From: Felis catus
Taxonomy: Eukaryota
Length of the DNA: 64,000 bases
Direction of reading: 5' to 3'
NCBI RefSeq assembly: GCF_018350175.1
Contig: NC_058368.1
Span: forward strand, 29,762,001-29,826,000
Both the position numbers and the translations under genes were made by a program. How positions within the stretch are numbered: position 1 is the stretch's first letter; the number at the start of each line of letters is the position of its first letter. Of this stretch, positions 1 to 13,185 are shown piece by piece. Under the pieces are notes generated by a model that searched no databases, was not told the DNA's origin, and saw only the letters and a program-made list of their open reading frames with translations.

Positions 1-1052
1 GATTGGAAAGAGCCAAGAAAACCATAGTTCAGAATCTATGCGGAAGAAAACAACTGTAGTGTTAGAGAAGAATGAAGGCCACTATGGGCTTAGCTTCTGA
101 AAATTTAAGGAGCAAGAAGAGGGTCCTGGGGCAATTGTTAGGACCTCAATTGAGAACTGCCTTCAGACTAGAAGGGCTAGTTGTAATTCTCACTAACCTC
201 TTGCCGAACAGCAAGTGTGGCTAAAAAAGCAGACATGGGGAAGGTGTCTCGTGGGGGAAGATTTCTTGGGTCATTGGAGGGTCTGGAGGTGAAATAACCA
301 AGGTGACCTTGAGGAAGTTCCAGATTTCATAAGAGATACAAAGGGGAGAGAAGGAAAGACCTTCTTCTCAGAAGGGAAATCACTGAGTTCTTCATTGCTA
401 CAGTAGAGTCCCCTTCACCTTGGCAGTTGGCGAGGGTTCCCCAGCTGCCTGCAGCCCCATGCTCTAGCTTCCCTTCTGGGACAGCCCCCTCACAAAGAAC
501 CCTATCAAGAGAAATGTCTTTTAGGGAAACCAATCAACGCAATTGCAGAAGAAACATTTGTCAGCTACTCACACTGCTCGCAGTATGAAGGGGCAACCAA
601 TGAGTATCAGACACTTGAGGAGAACCAACAGCATGAAAGAGAAGTACCAAGATTGAGAAGAAGAGCTTCTGATCTTGGAAGAAAAAGGGACAATTCAGGA
701 AACAGAAGTTTGAGAAAAAAAAAAAACTGCGAGGGAAGTGCACTCATTAAAACAATAACAAAAATAGACTGTTCTGAAAAAGAAAGACTCAGAGAGCAAG
801 GAATAGTTCTAGAAAGTTAAAAATATGAAATGGAAAATTCAAATAAGAGGACTGAGCAATGGAATAGACCCAATTTGTGACCTGGAAGATACGTCTCAGG
901 AAATCTATCAGAATTCAGAGCAAAAATACATGGAGATGGAAAATACAGTAAAAAAGTTAAAAGACAAAAAGGATCAATCCAGGAAGGAAGGAAATCATGG
1001 GAGAAATAGTTCTTTATGTTAAAGAGAGACAAGAATCGTCTATTTTATTACA

Positions 1053-1257
1053 TTTTTTATTTTTTAATGTTTATTTTATTTTTGAGAGAGAGAGAGTGAG
1101 TGCTAGTGGGGGAGGGGCAGAGAGAGAAGGGGACAGAGGATCTCAAGCGGGCTCTGTGCTCAGAGCAGAGAACCTGATGTGGAGCTCAAACCCACAAACC
1201 ACAAGATCATGACCTGAGCTGAAGTCACTTCATCAACTGAGACACCCAGGTGCCCCA
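1053..1257 (-). mobile_element. CanSINE (tRNA-derived, felid type)
   Basis: Reverse complement of the GGGGCACCTGGGTG...TCAG head, (CT)n body and A-rich tail. Confidence 0.9.
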
Positions 1258-1459
1258 AGCATTATCTGTTTTAAAGTAGTCACCGAAAACCAGTAGAACT
1301 AATGTAAAAAATCTATACCAGAAAATCCTGGCAAAAAGGACAGATTCCAAGGAAAAAAGAAAATCTGAAAAAGCTTCCAGAAAAAGAGAAATCTTATCTA
1401 CTATTGTGGACAATGGTAGTTACAGTTTTACCTTTCTTGTGTGATTTTCCTTCTGTCCG

Positions 1460-1915
1460 TGCCATTCAGATGAGACTGAATTATAGCATCGTCCCCCACC
1501 CCCACCCATCCAAACCAGGCCATAGGGAGAGTGTGATTAGCTCAGGAAGGGCAGAAAACCCAAAAGGGCTCACTCAGAGTCCTCTCCAGGGTTTTCTCCT
1601 GTGTTAATGGGGGAAGTGGGTCTCTCTCTTTTGGGTTATGTGGGAGCAGGGATGTTGGCTGTAGCTGTGTGTAGTTATTTTCTTGCATAGAGGAAGCTTG
1701 TCACAGTAGGAAGAATGAGCCCAACATAGAAACACAGACAAATAGAGCCACAAGACATGGAAAAGAACCCTGATGACTCTGTTTGGACCACTGGACTCAG
1801 CCATACTTCAGGCCAGCTCCACCCCTGGGCTTTCCAGGTATGAGCTGATAAATTCCCTACTTTGCTGGAGCTGGTTGAGTTGGGTTTCTGTAATATGCAC
1901 CTGCCAAGGAATGAG
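1460..1915 (+). mobile_element. MaLR (MLT1-type) LTR remnant
   Basis: MLT1-like 3' end: CCACTGGACTCAGCCATAC...GATAAATTCCC...GAGTTGGGTTTCTG. Confidence 0.55.
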
Positions 1916-2869
1916 TCAGACTGGCATCAGACTTCTCACTAGATACACAGGTGCTAGAAGCTAAGGCAGAAAAATCTTCTAAGTTCTGGAGGAAAATAAT
2001 TTTGAACCTAGAATTTTCTATTCATTCAAACTGGCATTCCAGTATGAGGACATGTAATGACTCCGGAGGTTTTCCATTCACAGAACTTCTCTGAAAGAAT
2101 TGCTCAGGAACTTATTATAGCAAAAAGGAAAAACAGATGCAAGAAGTAGGAAGGTTGAATATGGAAAATAATGTTGAGCAAAGTCTTCAGTAATAGTTAT
2201 AATTAATCCAAAAAATACGGATACATAATAAAAATATCCACTGTAGGCGGCAGCTAGAATTCTGAATAACGGTGTCACGGTCTGGACATGATGTTAGGGT
2301 ACTAAGAGTCTCATACTGATCGTATTAGAGTTACTGTGATACTAACTCTAGGCCTTGATAGAAAAATTTAGTTGTTGAAAATTAAGGCAACCTCTAGAAA
2401 AATAGAAATAAGATGTGTAATTTCCAGACCATTAAAGAGGGGAAAAAAATCCCAATCTGATACAAAGCAAGTTTGGAGAAAAATAAATAACAAAGATACA
2501 TGAAAATAGAACGTGATGGGAACACGTCCGAACACTAGAGGGGCCACAGTGAGTGTGGGTGGGTTAGATGTCACGGTCATGAAGGCAGAGATGGATGTTG
2601 GTTTTGTCCCCTGATGAGTCTCTCAGTAAATATGTATCGAATGAATGGCTAGATATTCTATGATCTGATTTTTAAAAATTCTGTTTTAAAGCCAGATCTA
2701 AATCAAACAAACAATCCACACACACCACATGTACACATACAAAGTTTGAAAATAAAGAGATGAGAAACTATTTCCCAGGAAGAGGATGACAAAACAGACA
2801 TGTCCAGTAATATTAGTATTAGATTTAAAAAAAGAAACAACTCAAGGCCAAATGCATTAAACTGAATCA

Positions 2870-3498
2870 TTTTTTTAATATGAAATTTATTGTCAAATTG
2901 GTTTCCATACAACACCCAGTGCTCATCCCAAAAGGTGCCCTCCTCAATGCCCATCACCCACCCTCGCCTCCCTCCCACCCCCCATCAACCCTCAGTTTGT
3001 TCTCAGTTTTTAAGAGTTTCTTATGTTTTGACTCCCTCCCTCTCTAACCTTTTTTTTTTTTCCTTCCCCTCCCCCATGGTCTTTTGTTAAGTTTCTCAGG
3101 ATCCACATAAGAGTGAAAACATATGGTATCTGTCTTTCTCTGTATGGCTTATTTCACTTAGCATAACACTCTCCGGTTCCACCCACGCTGCTACAAAAGG
3201 CCATATTTCATTCTTTCTCATTGCCACGTAGTATTCCATTGTGTATATAAACCACAATTTCTTTATCCATTCATCAGCTGATGGACATTTAGGCTCTTTC
3301 CATAATTTGGCTATTGTTGAAAGTGCTGCTATAAACATTGGGGTACAAGCGCCCCTATGCATCAGCACTCCTGTATCCCTTGAGTAAATTCCTAGCAGTG
3401 CTATTGCTGGGTCATAGAATAGATCTATTTTTAATTTTTTGAGGAACCTCCACACTGTTTTCCAGAACGGCTACGCCAATTTTCATTCCCACCAACAG
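2870..3498 (-). mobile_element. 5'-truncated, relatively young LINE-1 3' end
   Basis: ORF 3096-3455 is the ORF2 C-terminus ([11 protein letters not shown]...CTPMFIAAL...SEISHTEKDRYHMFSL), followed by 3' UTR and A tail. Confidence 0.92.
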
Positions 3499-3998
3499 TA
3501 AGAGCAATATTTTGTATGACCTTCTGGATCACAAGTGCAGGCAAATTAACTGAACTGATAAGAGAGGTCAGTGAGATGACCAGATACAAAATCAACTTAC
3601 ACAAATTAATAGCTTTTCTAAGTACTAGTACTAACCAATTAGAAAATTAAAAGGCTAAAAAATCCAAATCACATTCAAAGTAGCAACAAACTTGACAAAA
3701 TCCTAAGAATACTGATATAATAAACCGAACTAGAAATGGGCAAGACTTAATGACAAAGAACGTCTGAAATGATACTGAGAACATTTTAAAACAAAACAAA
3801 ACAAAACAAAACAAAACAAAATAGACCATGAACAAAAGGAAAGACACACTTCCTAAGTGCAATAACTCAACATTGTAAAGATGACAACAATTCTCACCAA
3901 ATCAGCCTACAAATTCAGTGCAATCTAAATAAAAATCCTATTAACTTGGAAGGAGAAAAGCAAGAGGATAAGAAGGCCTTTAAGAAGTAAAAGAGGTT

Positions 3999-4203
3999 GG
4001 GGCACCTGGGTGGCTCAGTTCGTTAAGCGTCCAACTCTGGTTATGATCTCACGGTTCGTGGGTTCAAGCCCTGCATTAGGCTCTGTGATGAAAATTCAGA
4101 GCCTGAAGCCTGCTTTGGATTCTGTGTCTCCCTCTCTCTCTCTCTGCCCCTCCCTGGGTCACACTCTGTCTTTCTCAAAAATAAATGAACACTAAAAAAA
4201 AAA
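3999..4203 (+). mobile_element. CanSINE with target-site duplication AAGAAGTAAAAGAGG
   Basis: Full head/body/tail; duplication at 3982-3996 and 4204-4218. Confidence 0.92.
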
Positions 4204-4219
4204 AAGAAGTAAAAGAGGA

Positions 4220-4385
4220 GGGCCACCTGGGTGGCTCAGTTGGTTAGGCGTCCGACTCTTGATTTGGGCTCAGGTCATAATCTCATGGCTCATGGGTTCG
4301 AGCCCCAAGCTGGGCTCCACACTAAGGGTGGAGTCTGCTTGGGATTCTCTCTCTTCCTCTCTCTGTCTTCCTCTGCCCTTGTCCC

Positions 4386-4435
<50 letters not shown>

Positions 4436-4446
4436 AAACAAAAAAA

Positions 4447-4479
<33 letters not shown>

Positions 4480-4484
4480 AAAAA
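4220..4484 (+). mobile_element. CanSINE in tandem with the previous copy, long (CT)n and A tail
   Basis: SINE head at 4220; GTAAAAGAGG recurs a third time after the tail. Confidence 0.9.
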
Positions 4485-4907
4485 GGGTAAAAGAGGAAAA
4501 GCTTGCCCCTACCACATATCAAAATCTGTTCCTAAAGCATAATAATTACAAGTGCAGTGTTGGTGTAAAAACTGACAGATTAGTAATATAGGATCCAGAA
4601 GCAGATGAATCTGCTTATAGGACTTCAGCTTATGATAAAGATGGCATTGCAGTTAGTGGGGAAACAATGTTTAAAAGGTGTTGAGAAAATTGCATGTTCA
4701 TTTTGAAAAATAAAGTTAGATTTCAGTCTTACACCATCACAAAAGTAAATCAGTGATGTATTTAAAAAACGAATCATGAAATCTAAATATAAAACATTGA
4801 AAGAAAATGTAATTAAAAAAAATCATGTTGAAATGGAGAAGGCCTTCTTATGTCAGACACAGATGAAAAAGTCAGAAAGGAAAACACTGATGGATTTGAC
4901 TATCTGG

Positions 4908-4942
<35 letters not shown>

Positions 4943-5002
4943 TCCCAAACAAACTTCACTATGGGAAGAAATGTTGGCAAGATATAAAAACACAAAAGAT
5001 TA

Positions 5003-5208
5003 GGGGTGCTTGGGTGGCTCTGTCGGTTAAGTGTCTGACTTTGGCCCAGGTCATGATCTCATGGTTCGTGGGTTCAAGCCCCGAGTCGGGCTCTGATCGG
5101 ACAGCTTGGAGCCTAGAGCCTTTAGATTCTCTGTGTGTGTATGTCTCTCTCTCTCTGCCCCTCCCCTTCTTGTGCTCGCCCTCAAAAATAAATAAACATT
5201 AAAAAAAA
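5003..5208 (+). mobile_element. CanSINE
   Basis: GGGGTGCTTGGGTGGCTC head; AAAATAAATAAACATTAAAA tail. Confidence 0.9.
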
Positions 5209-5242
5209 AGATTAATGTACATAATATTTAAAGGACTCATAA

Positions 5243-5428
5243 AGGGGCACCTGGGTGGCTCAGTCAGTTAAGCGTCCAACTTCAGCTCAGGTCATGATCT
5301 CACAGCTGTGCTGACAGCTCAGAGCCTGGAACCTGCTTTGGATTCTGTGTCTCCCTCTTTCTCTGCCCCTTCCCCGCTCGTGCTCCATCTCTCTCTTTCA
5401 AAAATAAATAAACATTAAAAAAAAAAGT
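5243..5428 (+). mobile_element. CanSINE with internal deletion
   Basis: Head and tail intact; segment between GATCTCAC and CTGTGCTGACAG missing. Confidence 0.88.
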
Positions 5429-5659
5429 GAAGGGCTCATAAGGCAACAGACAATTCCATAGAACAATGGACAAGGAATATGAATAATCAATTCACAATAG
5501 AAATTAGAAATAGAAAATACAAAGGGTCACTATGCATGTGAAAAATACTCAACATTATAAATAAAAGGGAAATGCAAATTAAAATAAGAACATGCTGTCA
5601 GTCTTTGCCCGTAAGATTAACAATAATAAAAAACAAATGGAAACCACTCAGTAATGGCA

Positions 5660-6120
5660 AATGGAAGCTTTTGGCTGCACGTGACAGAAAGACATGGCTT
5701 AAACTGCCTTATGGAGTGAGTGGATTTGTTATCTGAACTGACCAAAAGTCTAGAGGTACAGCCAGCTCCACATGTGGTGGCTTCAGTGGCTTGTAATGAC
5801 AGTGGGAACCCAGGTTCCTTCTCTCTTTGCTCTGCCAAACTTTACCCTAAGGTTGTTGCTCTTACGGTGGCAGAAGGATTGAGGGGTTGCAGACACCACA
5901 TCCAGTCCTGAAAAGTTTCAAAGGAAGAGAGAATCTTCTTTTTCTTATGACCCTTTTAGGAGACAGGAAACTTTTCCAGAAGTTTCCTCAGACAACTTTC
6001 CCTTCCTGTTTCAGCAGCCCAGAACTGGGTCTCATGCCAGTCCCTGAACCCATCTCTGGAGAGGGGCTTGGTCTTATCCTTATCATCTGGGAAGTCAGCC
6101 ACATGACCTATCTAATGAGG
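5660..6120. mobile_element. Degenerate MaLR (MLT1-like) LTR
   Basis: GCTGCACGTGACAGAAA...CCCAGGTTCCTT...CCAGAACTGGGTCTCATGCC resembles old MLT1 LTRs. Confidence 0.4.
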
Positions 6121-6699
6121 GTGTGGAGAAACTGCTACACTCAGCGTTGATGGAAGAATAAATTAGTGTAGCCTATTGATAGCTTTCTTAAAATAAAACA
6201 GCTCTTTTTTAATTCATTGTTAATTAATTAATTTTCAAATATAAGCTCTATACCCAGGGGGCTCGAATTCATCATCCCAAGATCAATAGTCACGTGCTCT
6301 ACTGATGGAGCCAGTGTGGTGCCCCTACTGATGTCTTTCAAAATATAAAATTTGCATACCTTTTGAATCGCCACAAGTGAAAAAAATCAAGTTATAAAAA
6401 TACTACATTTATGTTACAAACACACATACAAATTACAATTATTTGCATACAAAGGCATATAAAAGGAACTTAAAAGATGTATGCTTCGCTTCTAAGAGTC
6501 AGCATGTGGGATATGTAGATTATTCTTTCTAAGTTTTGTTTGACTTGTTTTTTTTCTTATAAAGACATTTATTTTTAGTTTTCCAAAAATGTAAATTTTT
6601 CATAATTTTTAGAACTCGACCTTATTTTTCCAGTTTCCAATGCTATCAGCGATATCTTAGGATTCTACTTTCATTACACGTTTATTAGTAGTGTGTATT

Positions 6700-7012
6700 T
6701 AAAAAAATTCTTTTTGTTTGAGTATAGTTGACACACAGTGTTGCACATTAGTTTCAGGTATACAACATAATGACTTGACAAGTTTGAACATTATGTGATG
6801 CTCACAAGTGCAGCTACCACAGGTCACCATACGACGCTATTACAATACCATTGACTATATTCCCTATGCCATGCCTTTATTCACGTGGCTTGTTCATGCC
6901 ATACCTGGAAGCCTGTATCTCCCACTGCCCTTCGCTCATTTTGCCCATTCCACCCACCCTCCCCTGCTCTGGCAACCATGTTTGTTCTCTGTATTTATAG
7001 GTCTGATTCTGT
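6700..7012 (-). mobile_element. L1 3' UTR fragment (L1MA9/carnivore type)
   Basis: AGTATAGTTGACACAC...TTAGTTTCAGGT...TTGACTATATTCCCTATGC...CTCTGGCAACCA. Confidence 0.65.
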
Positions 7013-7669
7013 TGACAATAAAGGCATTCAAGTACCCCAACATAATTAAGTCTGGACGTAGGTATTCCAGAGTCTGTATGGGCAGCGAGTCAGTGATACT
7101 GAGGGCTCCAGTTCTTTTTCTCTCTCTGCTTAGCCATAGCCAATCCCCAGCATGTTGGCTTTTGGTTCTTAAGTTTATTGCAGAGTTCCTGAACTTTCTC
7201 AGTTCATAGTGCCCTTACTGCTTCAGAATTTTTTTTCAAGGAGCCATTAGACCAAAAGAAATACCTAACATTTCTTCTTATTGGGTAGTTAGGTCTAAAA
7301 GATTTAGTAAGAATTTATGTCCTAACAACTTAGTAACCTTTTGAAAAAAAATAATACACATACATGGAAAGAAAAAAATATTTTTATTTTATTGGTAAAA
7401 AACTACAATTACTCACTGGTGAGATATGTGCTGCTGTTGGGCACTACACAATTTCTCCAGCCACTACCCTCAGTTCCTATTCCATATTGATTTTCACATA
7501 GTACTGGTTTTTGTTTTTGTTTTGAAATCACAGCAACTTCCGCAGACCTAGCTTCATGAACATATGTCATCAAAAGGAATGTAGCGCTATCTTCGATTGA
7601 AACTGTGGACTATCTTGATCTGGTAGTTTGTACCATGTTTGACAGATGTTGGGTATCACTATCGTTAAA

Positions 7670-7866
7670 TTTTTTTTTAATGTTTATTTTTTGAGAGGGG
7701 GGAGAGAGAGAGTACGAGTGGAAGAGGGGCAGAGAAAAAGGGAAACAGAGGATCCAAAGTGGGCTCTGATAGCACAGAGCCCAACATGGGGTTCAAACCC
7801 ACAAACCATGAGATCATGACCTGCCATAGTTGGCCACTTAACCGACTGAGCCACTCAGGCGCCCCT
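7670..7866 (-). mobile_element. CanSINE
   Basis: Minus-strand SINE; degenerate TSD GGTATCACTATCGTTAAA / GGTATCACTGTTGTTAAA. Confidence 0.9.
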
Positions 7867-7896
7867 GGTATCACTGTTGTTAAAAGTTTACCTTGA

Positions 7897-8118
7897 GGGA
7901 CACCTGGGTGCCTCAGTCCGTTAAGCGTCTCACTTTGGCTCAGGTCATGATCTTGAGGTTCGTGAGTTTGAGCCCCACATGAGGCTCTGCGCTGACAGCT
8001 CAGAGCCTGGAGCCTGCTTTCGATTCTGTGTCTCCCTCTCTCTTTGCCCCTCCCCTGCTCATGGTCTGTCTCTCTTTCTCTCAAAAATAAATAAACGTTA
8101 AAAAAATTTAAAAAAAAA
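7897..8118 (+). mobile_element. CanSINE, head-to-head with the previous copy
   Basis: Plus-strand SINE; degenerate TSD AAAAGTTTACCTTGA / AAAAGTTTGCGTTGA. Confidence 0.9.
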
Positions 8119-8309
8119 GTTTGCGTTGAAAATTTACCCCATGATGCCTTTGTGAATTCACTGTGGCACTCAAGAGTGCCTCAGCATACAGTTTGGGAAC
8201 TGTGGATTTATCATTTTGTGATTGCAAAATTGTTGCCTAAACTCCAAGCATACATCTCTGCACAACGATGTTCATAGAAGGAAGGAAGTAGAGTCTTTCC
8301 CATTATTTC

Positions 8310-8795
8310 CTTTTAACCATTTTCAAGTTTATTGAGATATAAGTTCTTATTACGAAATGTTCCTACTTTGAGTGTATGGCTAAATGAGTTTTGACAAATG
8401 TGTAGATCTACACAATTGTCACCCAGTCAAGATACAGAACATTTTCATCATCCCAGAAAGTTCCTTGTCCCTACCACCTCCCAGCAACCACTGATCTGCT
8501 TTCTATCATTATAGATTAAATTTGTCTTTTCTAGATCTTCATAGAAATGGAACACGCTGTGTGGACTCTGGCTTTGTGTAATGATTTTGAAATTCATCCA
8601 TGTTGTTGCATGTATTCGTGGTTCGTTCCTTTTTATTGCTGATTAATATCCTGTTGTTTGAATATAGCATGATTTGCTTATCCGTTCACCTGTTGGCAAA
8701 CATTTGGGTTGTTTCAAGCTTTGGCTGTTATGAGTAAAGCTGCAATGAACGCTGAGGTACAGGTCTTTGTGTACACATCTTTTTATTTCTCTTAG
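8310..8795 (-). mobile_element. Old L1 (L1MB-L1ME type) 3' end
   Basis: TTTATTGAGATATAA...AACATTTTCATCATCCCAGAAAGTTCC...CAACCACTGATCTGCTTTCT...CATTTGGGTTGTTTC. Confidence 0.7.

Positions 8796-8797
<2 letters not shown>

Positions 8798-8851
<54 letters not shown>
8798..8851. repeat. (CT)n microsatellite
   Basis: Read directly. Confidence 0.95.
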
Positions 8852-11329
8852 ATTGTTTAAGGAGGGTAAAATTATTTCCAGAAGCAACCCCAACAGACTT
8901 TCACTTATGTATCATTGGCTAGTCCTGGGTCACCCTCATATGCCCCATGCAATTATTAGAAAGAAGATTGGGGTCACCTTGGAGCAATCAATTCACATCC
9001 TTTGGGGTTGGGGGCTGAGGTCTTCTGAAGTTTGTTGCCTCCCCAAATAAAATTGGAGTCATATGAACACAGGAAAAAGGGAGGGATGTCTCTTGGGTAT
9101 GCAGTCAGCCATGTCTGCCTCTTTACTTTATCTGCGAGTATTTTTACTATAGAATATGGTAGTAGCATTGTTTATATATCACAGTAAGAGCCTTTTCTCT
9201 GACATAAAGGTGCTTAAGCAGATCTGTTGCTGACAGATACTCAACAATAGTCCTAGAAATAAGCCAAGAACAGAAAAACATATTTAAAAAAAAAACCCTT
9301 GACAGATAGAAAGATAATTGCTCTGGGGAATATGATATGAGGGCACGAGTGTCATATGGAGAGAATTTTACCAACTGGCTGCCAGATGCGGGCCTGCCCT
9401 GGGCTGAGGCACAGCTGGTTCGCCCTACAGTAAATCAGATGTGGGAGGCAAGTACCATCTGGCACATAAACTTGGCAGAGCCTGGAAAAAGAAGTTAACT
9501 CACGTGTGAAGTTATTATCATTATGGATGCACATGAACAGAGCCCTGGCACCTGTAGCAGGGGGAGCTGTCTCCTTCCTTCGGGGCTCCTCTGTCACTGC
9601 TGCCACGAGGCGGCCACAGAGGGGCTCCCCAGCCACAGAGCTCCTGGGCCCCTGGCCCTTTGCTTCCGGTCAGGGCTGGCGTTCTTTAGTTTCTGAGGAG
9701 CTCCACACTCAGCGCTTCTCCCCTTTCTCACCCCTCCCTCCCTTGTGTTCTTTTCCTAAGAGTTTCTCTCCTTTATTTGCTAAGCTTCTGAAATTTGGGG
9801 ATCAGATCTTATCATTTTTGTTCTCTATCCCTGCTCCCAGCATTCTGCCTTGAACAAAGTAGGTGCTTAATAAGTCGTGAAAATGCCCTTGCCACAGGTA
9901 AGGACAAGAGGGACGCACTGTGACAGTAATGTTTCCACCTTCCATTTTTTGTGCCTATTTCCAGATACCTATTGATTGGTGACATGTTAAGAAGGACCCA
10001 GCAAATGCATCCTTAGTGTGCATTTCAGTTTGTAAACCTTGCCTTAAGACATCTCGGTATTCTTAATTCTCCATTATATACAACTAAGAATCATAAACTG
10101 TTAGGATTGGGAGGCATCCCGGAGGTGAGCATTTTCCAGATGAGAAGCCCAGAGGGTTGGAAGACTTGCTCAAGGCTGTACTGGTGGTTGGTGGCAGAAT
10201 AGAACGCTTGTTTATAACCCACCTGATTCCTGCAAGGATTTAGGTCCATTTTCCAGGATAACTAATTAGTCAAGATAGCAAAATTACAATTAATTAGGAG
10301 CAAAAGAAGAAAGCAAGTAACTTAAAAAGGAGATAAAAGTGAGTTCAAACAGAAACGTATCCCCCAGAGCTGCCCTGCAACAGGCTAGCCATTCACTTGG
10401 CCCTAAATGTCTACACATCTATACATCAAAAGAGACAGGAAACCTGGCCAGATGCAAATCCATGATATGCATGAAAGAAACATAGCTCAGTAGCTCAGAG
10501 AAGCCCAGGCACTGTTGGTGCCAGTACCTGACAGGCACCGCCCAGAAAAAGAGCTCTGTGTGTTGTAACGAGAGTCCTCAACAACATTCTCATGGTGCAC
10601 AAAGAGTCTCTTAGTGCGGGGCTGGTGGCTGGTGGCAATACAGGGGAACTCATCCTGAAACCTGCTCTTAATTGTGGGTGCAGGGGGAACTGAGAATCTT
10701 ACTGAAGATCATCAGCAGAGGAAAGAAGCTCGCCAAATTGAGATGTGAAAGAGTTTAACTCAGAATTCTGGGACATCAGGAGTACAATAATAATTACTGT
10801 TCTTAATTATGACCCAGAGGCACGGTAGACCCTAAAGTATTTTCTAAATCATCTAAGTGAAATGTTTTAAAAAAGGTTCAATCTGGTTTCATATTAATTT
10901 AACACTTAATTAGACGCTGTCATCTGTTCTAGCTGTTATTTCATGTATTTGTTTTATTCCCTTCAATCAGATTGTCCCTTCTTTGAGGGCCGGGATCCAC
11001 ATTCGGGGAAAGTGCCATTTTACTGAACAAATGCAAGATGAATCCTGTAAGATTGACTTTAAAAGGGGAAAAATCTCAGCTTGTTGTGAATTTATACTTC
11101 TTCTGCCACAGAAATGGGAGGGGGTACTGTTTTCTCCATTAGTCCCATCCCTTTATTCTAGTCCCTTAATGTCCCATAGCACATAGGAGACTAATTTGGA
11201 ATATTAAATAATGCCTTAAAAAAGGGTTGGGGATAACAAGAGGAAAATTATTACAGTGAGTAACCTGAAACTATAGAATCTAATTTACAACCATTGCCAT
11301 TATCAACACCAACACGTACTGACAGTATA

Positions 11330-11530
11330 ATATAGGGATCAGGAGCCCAGATTCTGCTCTATGATTTATTAACTGTTTCAACTTGCATAGGTTACTTAAC
11401 CTCTCTGTGCCTCATTTTCCTCATCTGTAAAAAAAAGCTAATAATAGTACTTATCTATAGAGGTGTTGTGAGAATTGAATGAATTCTTATAACAGTGCAT
11501 GAACATAATAAATATGTGGAGGCTATTAAT
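11330..11530 (+). mobile_element. MIR SINE
   Basis: Core GGTTACTTAACCTCTCTGTGCCTCATTTTCCTCATCTGTAAAA. Confidence 0.8.
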
Positions 11531-11558
11531 ATAACGGAGCACTTTTTATAGGCCAGGC

Positions 11559-11560
<2 letters not shown>

Positions 11561-11613
<53 letters not shown>
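11561..11613. repeat. (TA)n microsatellite
   Basis: About 25 uninterrupted units. Confidence 0.95.
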
Positions 11614-11616
<3 letters not shown>

Positions 11617-11639
11617 CTCAATTTCATGTAATGTTCTAA

Positions 11640-12968
11640 TTTAGTGGTTCTTAATTTTTGTATCTGTTTTAAGAACTATTGAGAACTCAAGATAACTTTT
11701 GTGTATGTAGATAATATCTCTCTATATTTTCTGTATGAACAATTAAAACAGAAAATTTGATAATATTAACTTAAAATAGCAACAACAAACCCAATACATA
11801 TTAACAAAATGACAACTATGAAAAATAACTATATTTGCAAAACAATTTCTGAGAAAGAGGCATTATTTTACATTTTTGCAAATTTCTTTAATGTCTGGCT
11901 TAATAGAAGAGAATTGGAATTTCCAAATCATTATTGTATCCAAACTGTTGCAATGTGTTGTTTTGGTTGTATATGAAGAAAATCTGGCATTACACAGATG
12001 TGTAGTTGGAGAAGAAAAGGGTATTTTCCTAGCCTTTTCTTATAATTATGGTCCTCTTTGATACTGCACAAAAACTCTACAGGTAGTAGTTTCTTAAAGC
12101 CTAGTTGCAATGTAGAATCTGAAACCGTATCAGTGAATGTTTCATCCTTTGTTACATTAAAATCCATTGGTTTATCTTGCACTTTGAGTAAATCATTTAC
12201 CCTTACATGACTTTTTAACATCACGCATCGATCATTTGGAAAATAGTGATTCACTGAGTTAGGAAGATCATCTAAATTTTGTAACATTCATATTTGTTAA
12301 TGTACCGACCAATCTCACTTAAAAAGTCTTTGAGCATTGGATAACTGTCAACTTACAGGTTTTCCAAAATTCTAATTTTACCTTGAGGATTTAAATTTTA
12401 CCATTGAACGAGCACTGTCATTGCTTCTCTCAGAGTGGCAGACTCACTTTATTCACTTTCAAGAGGTCCGCCAAATACTCAAGTCTGAATAACCATAGTT
12501 GTCTGCCAGTCATTCTTTCAGGTGCCACAAAAAAAAAGCAGCAATTTCAGCTTGCAACTTAGTCATATTAGTGCTTTTCCTTGAGACACCTGTTGTACTT
12601 CTGTTTGTAGCAAATGTGTTCTATGTGTACATCCCATTTTGTCACATAGAGTATTAAAAAGACACACTCAATGGTTGAGATTTCATATAAGTAATAATTA
12701 TTACTGTTTCATCAAGGTCATTCTTGAGGATGTTTTTTTCCTGCAAGTATAAGGAATACAATGATTAGTAGTTTGGTGCCCCTGTCTGATTCATGCTAAG
12801 GCAACTAGTACTTTCATCCACCACTGCATCATCAGAGCAAATGTCAACACAGTGAAAAAGGCAAATAACATCTTAGTGTTATTATGAAAATAGATATTCC
12901 CTTGTGCATTTTCCAAAAGATTCTAGGGGACCCCTAGAGGTTCAATGACTATACTTTGAGAACCACGA
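11640..12968 (-). mobile_element. hAT-Charlie1-type DNA transposon fossil with decayed transposase
   Basis: ORF 11931-12287 (VQDKPMDFNVT...VSDSTLQLGFKKLLPVEF) resembles the Charlie/Buster transposase C-terminus; degenerate inverted termini TAGTGGTTCTTAA and TTGAGAACCACG. Confidence 0.75.
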
Positions 12969-12972
12969 CTTT

Positions 12973-13185
12973 TTTTTTTTCCCAACGTTTATTTATTTTT
13001 AGGACAGAGAGAGACAGAGCATGAACGGGGGAGGGGCAGAGAGAGAGGAAGACACAGAATCGGAAACAGGCTCCAGGCTCCGAGCCATCAGCCCAGAGCC
13101 TGATGCGGGGCTCGAACTCACGGACCGCGAGATTGTGACCTGGCTGAAGTCGGACGCTTAACCGACTGTGCCACCCAGGCGCTCC
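12973..13185 (-). mobile_element. Young felid CanSINE with perfect 15-bp TSD
   Basis: GAGAACCACGACTTT at 12958-12972 and 13186-13200; many CpGs retained. Confidence 0.95.

Larger units (their letters stand above)
700..5610 (+). mobile_element. Old fragmented L1 (L1M/HAL1-like) interrupted by SINEs, an LTR and a younger L1
   Basis: A-rich + strand; ORF1-like pieces (ICDLEDTSQEIYQN at 825-1022; CTGGCATCAGACTTCTC...TTTGAACCTAGAATT near 1920-2015) and ORF2-like pieces at 3540-3940, 4500-4870 and 5450-5600. Confidence 0.6.
7190..8205. mobile_element. Probable hAT-Charlie DNA transposon remnant, interrupted by two SINEs
   Basis: Ends resemble hAT termini (GAGTTCCTGAACTTT... and ...CAGTTTGGGAACTGTG); recognition only. 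Confidence 0.4.

Noticed and set aside
3999..4100. tRNA-like A/B boxes in SINE heads, here and in all CanSINEs
   Set aside because: tRNA-derived SINE promoters, not tRNA genes.
4231..4591. ORFs rich in SLSL, ERER or poly-K/F, here and at other SINEs and microsatellites
   Set aside because: Translations of simple repeats.
11931..12287. Transposase-like ORF as a domesticated ZBED/Buster gene
   Set aside because: Short, frameshifted at its end and embedded in a decayed Charlie element.
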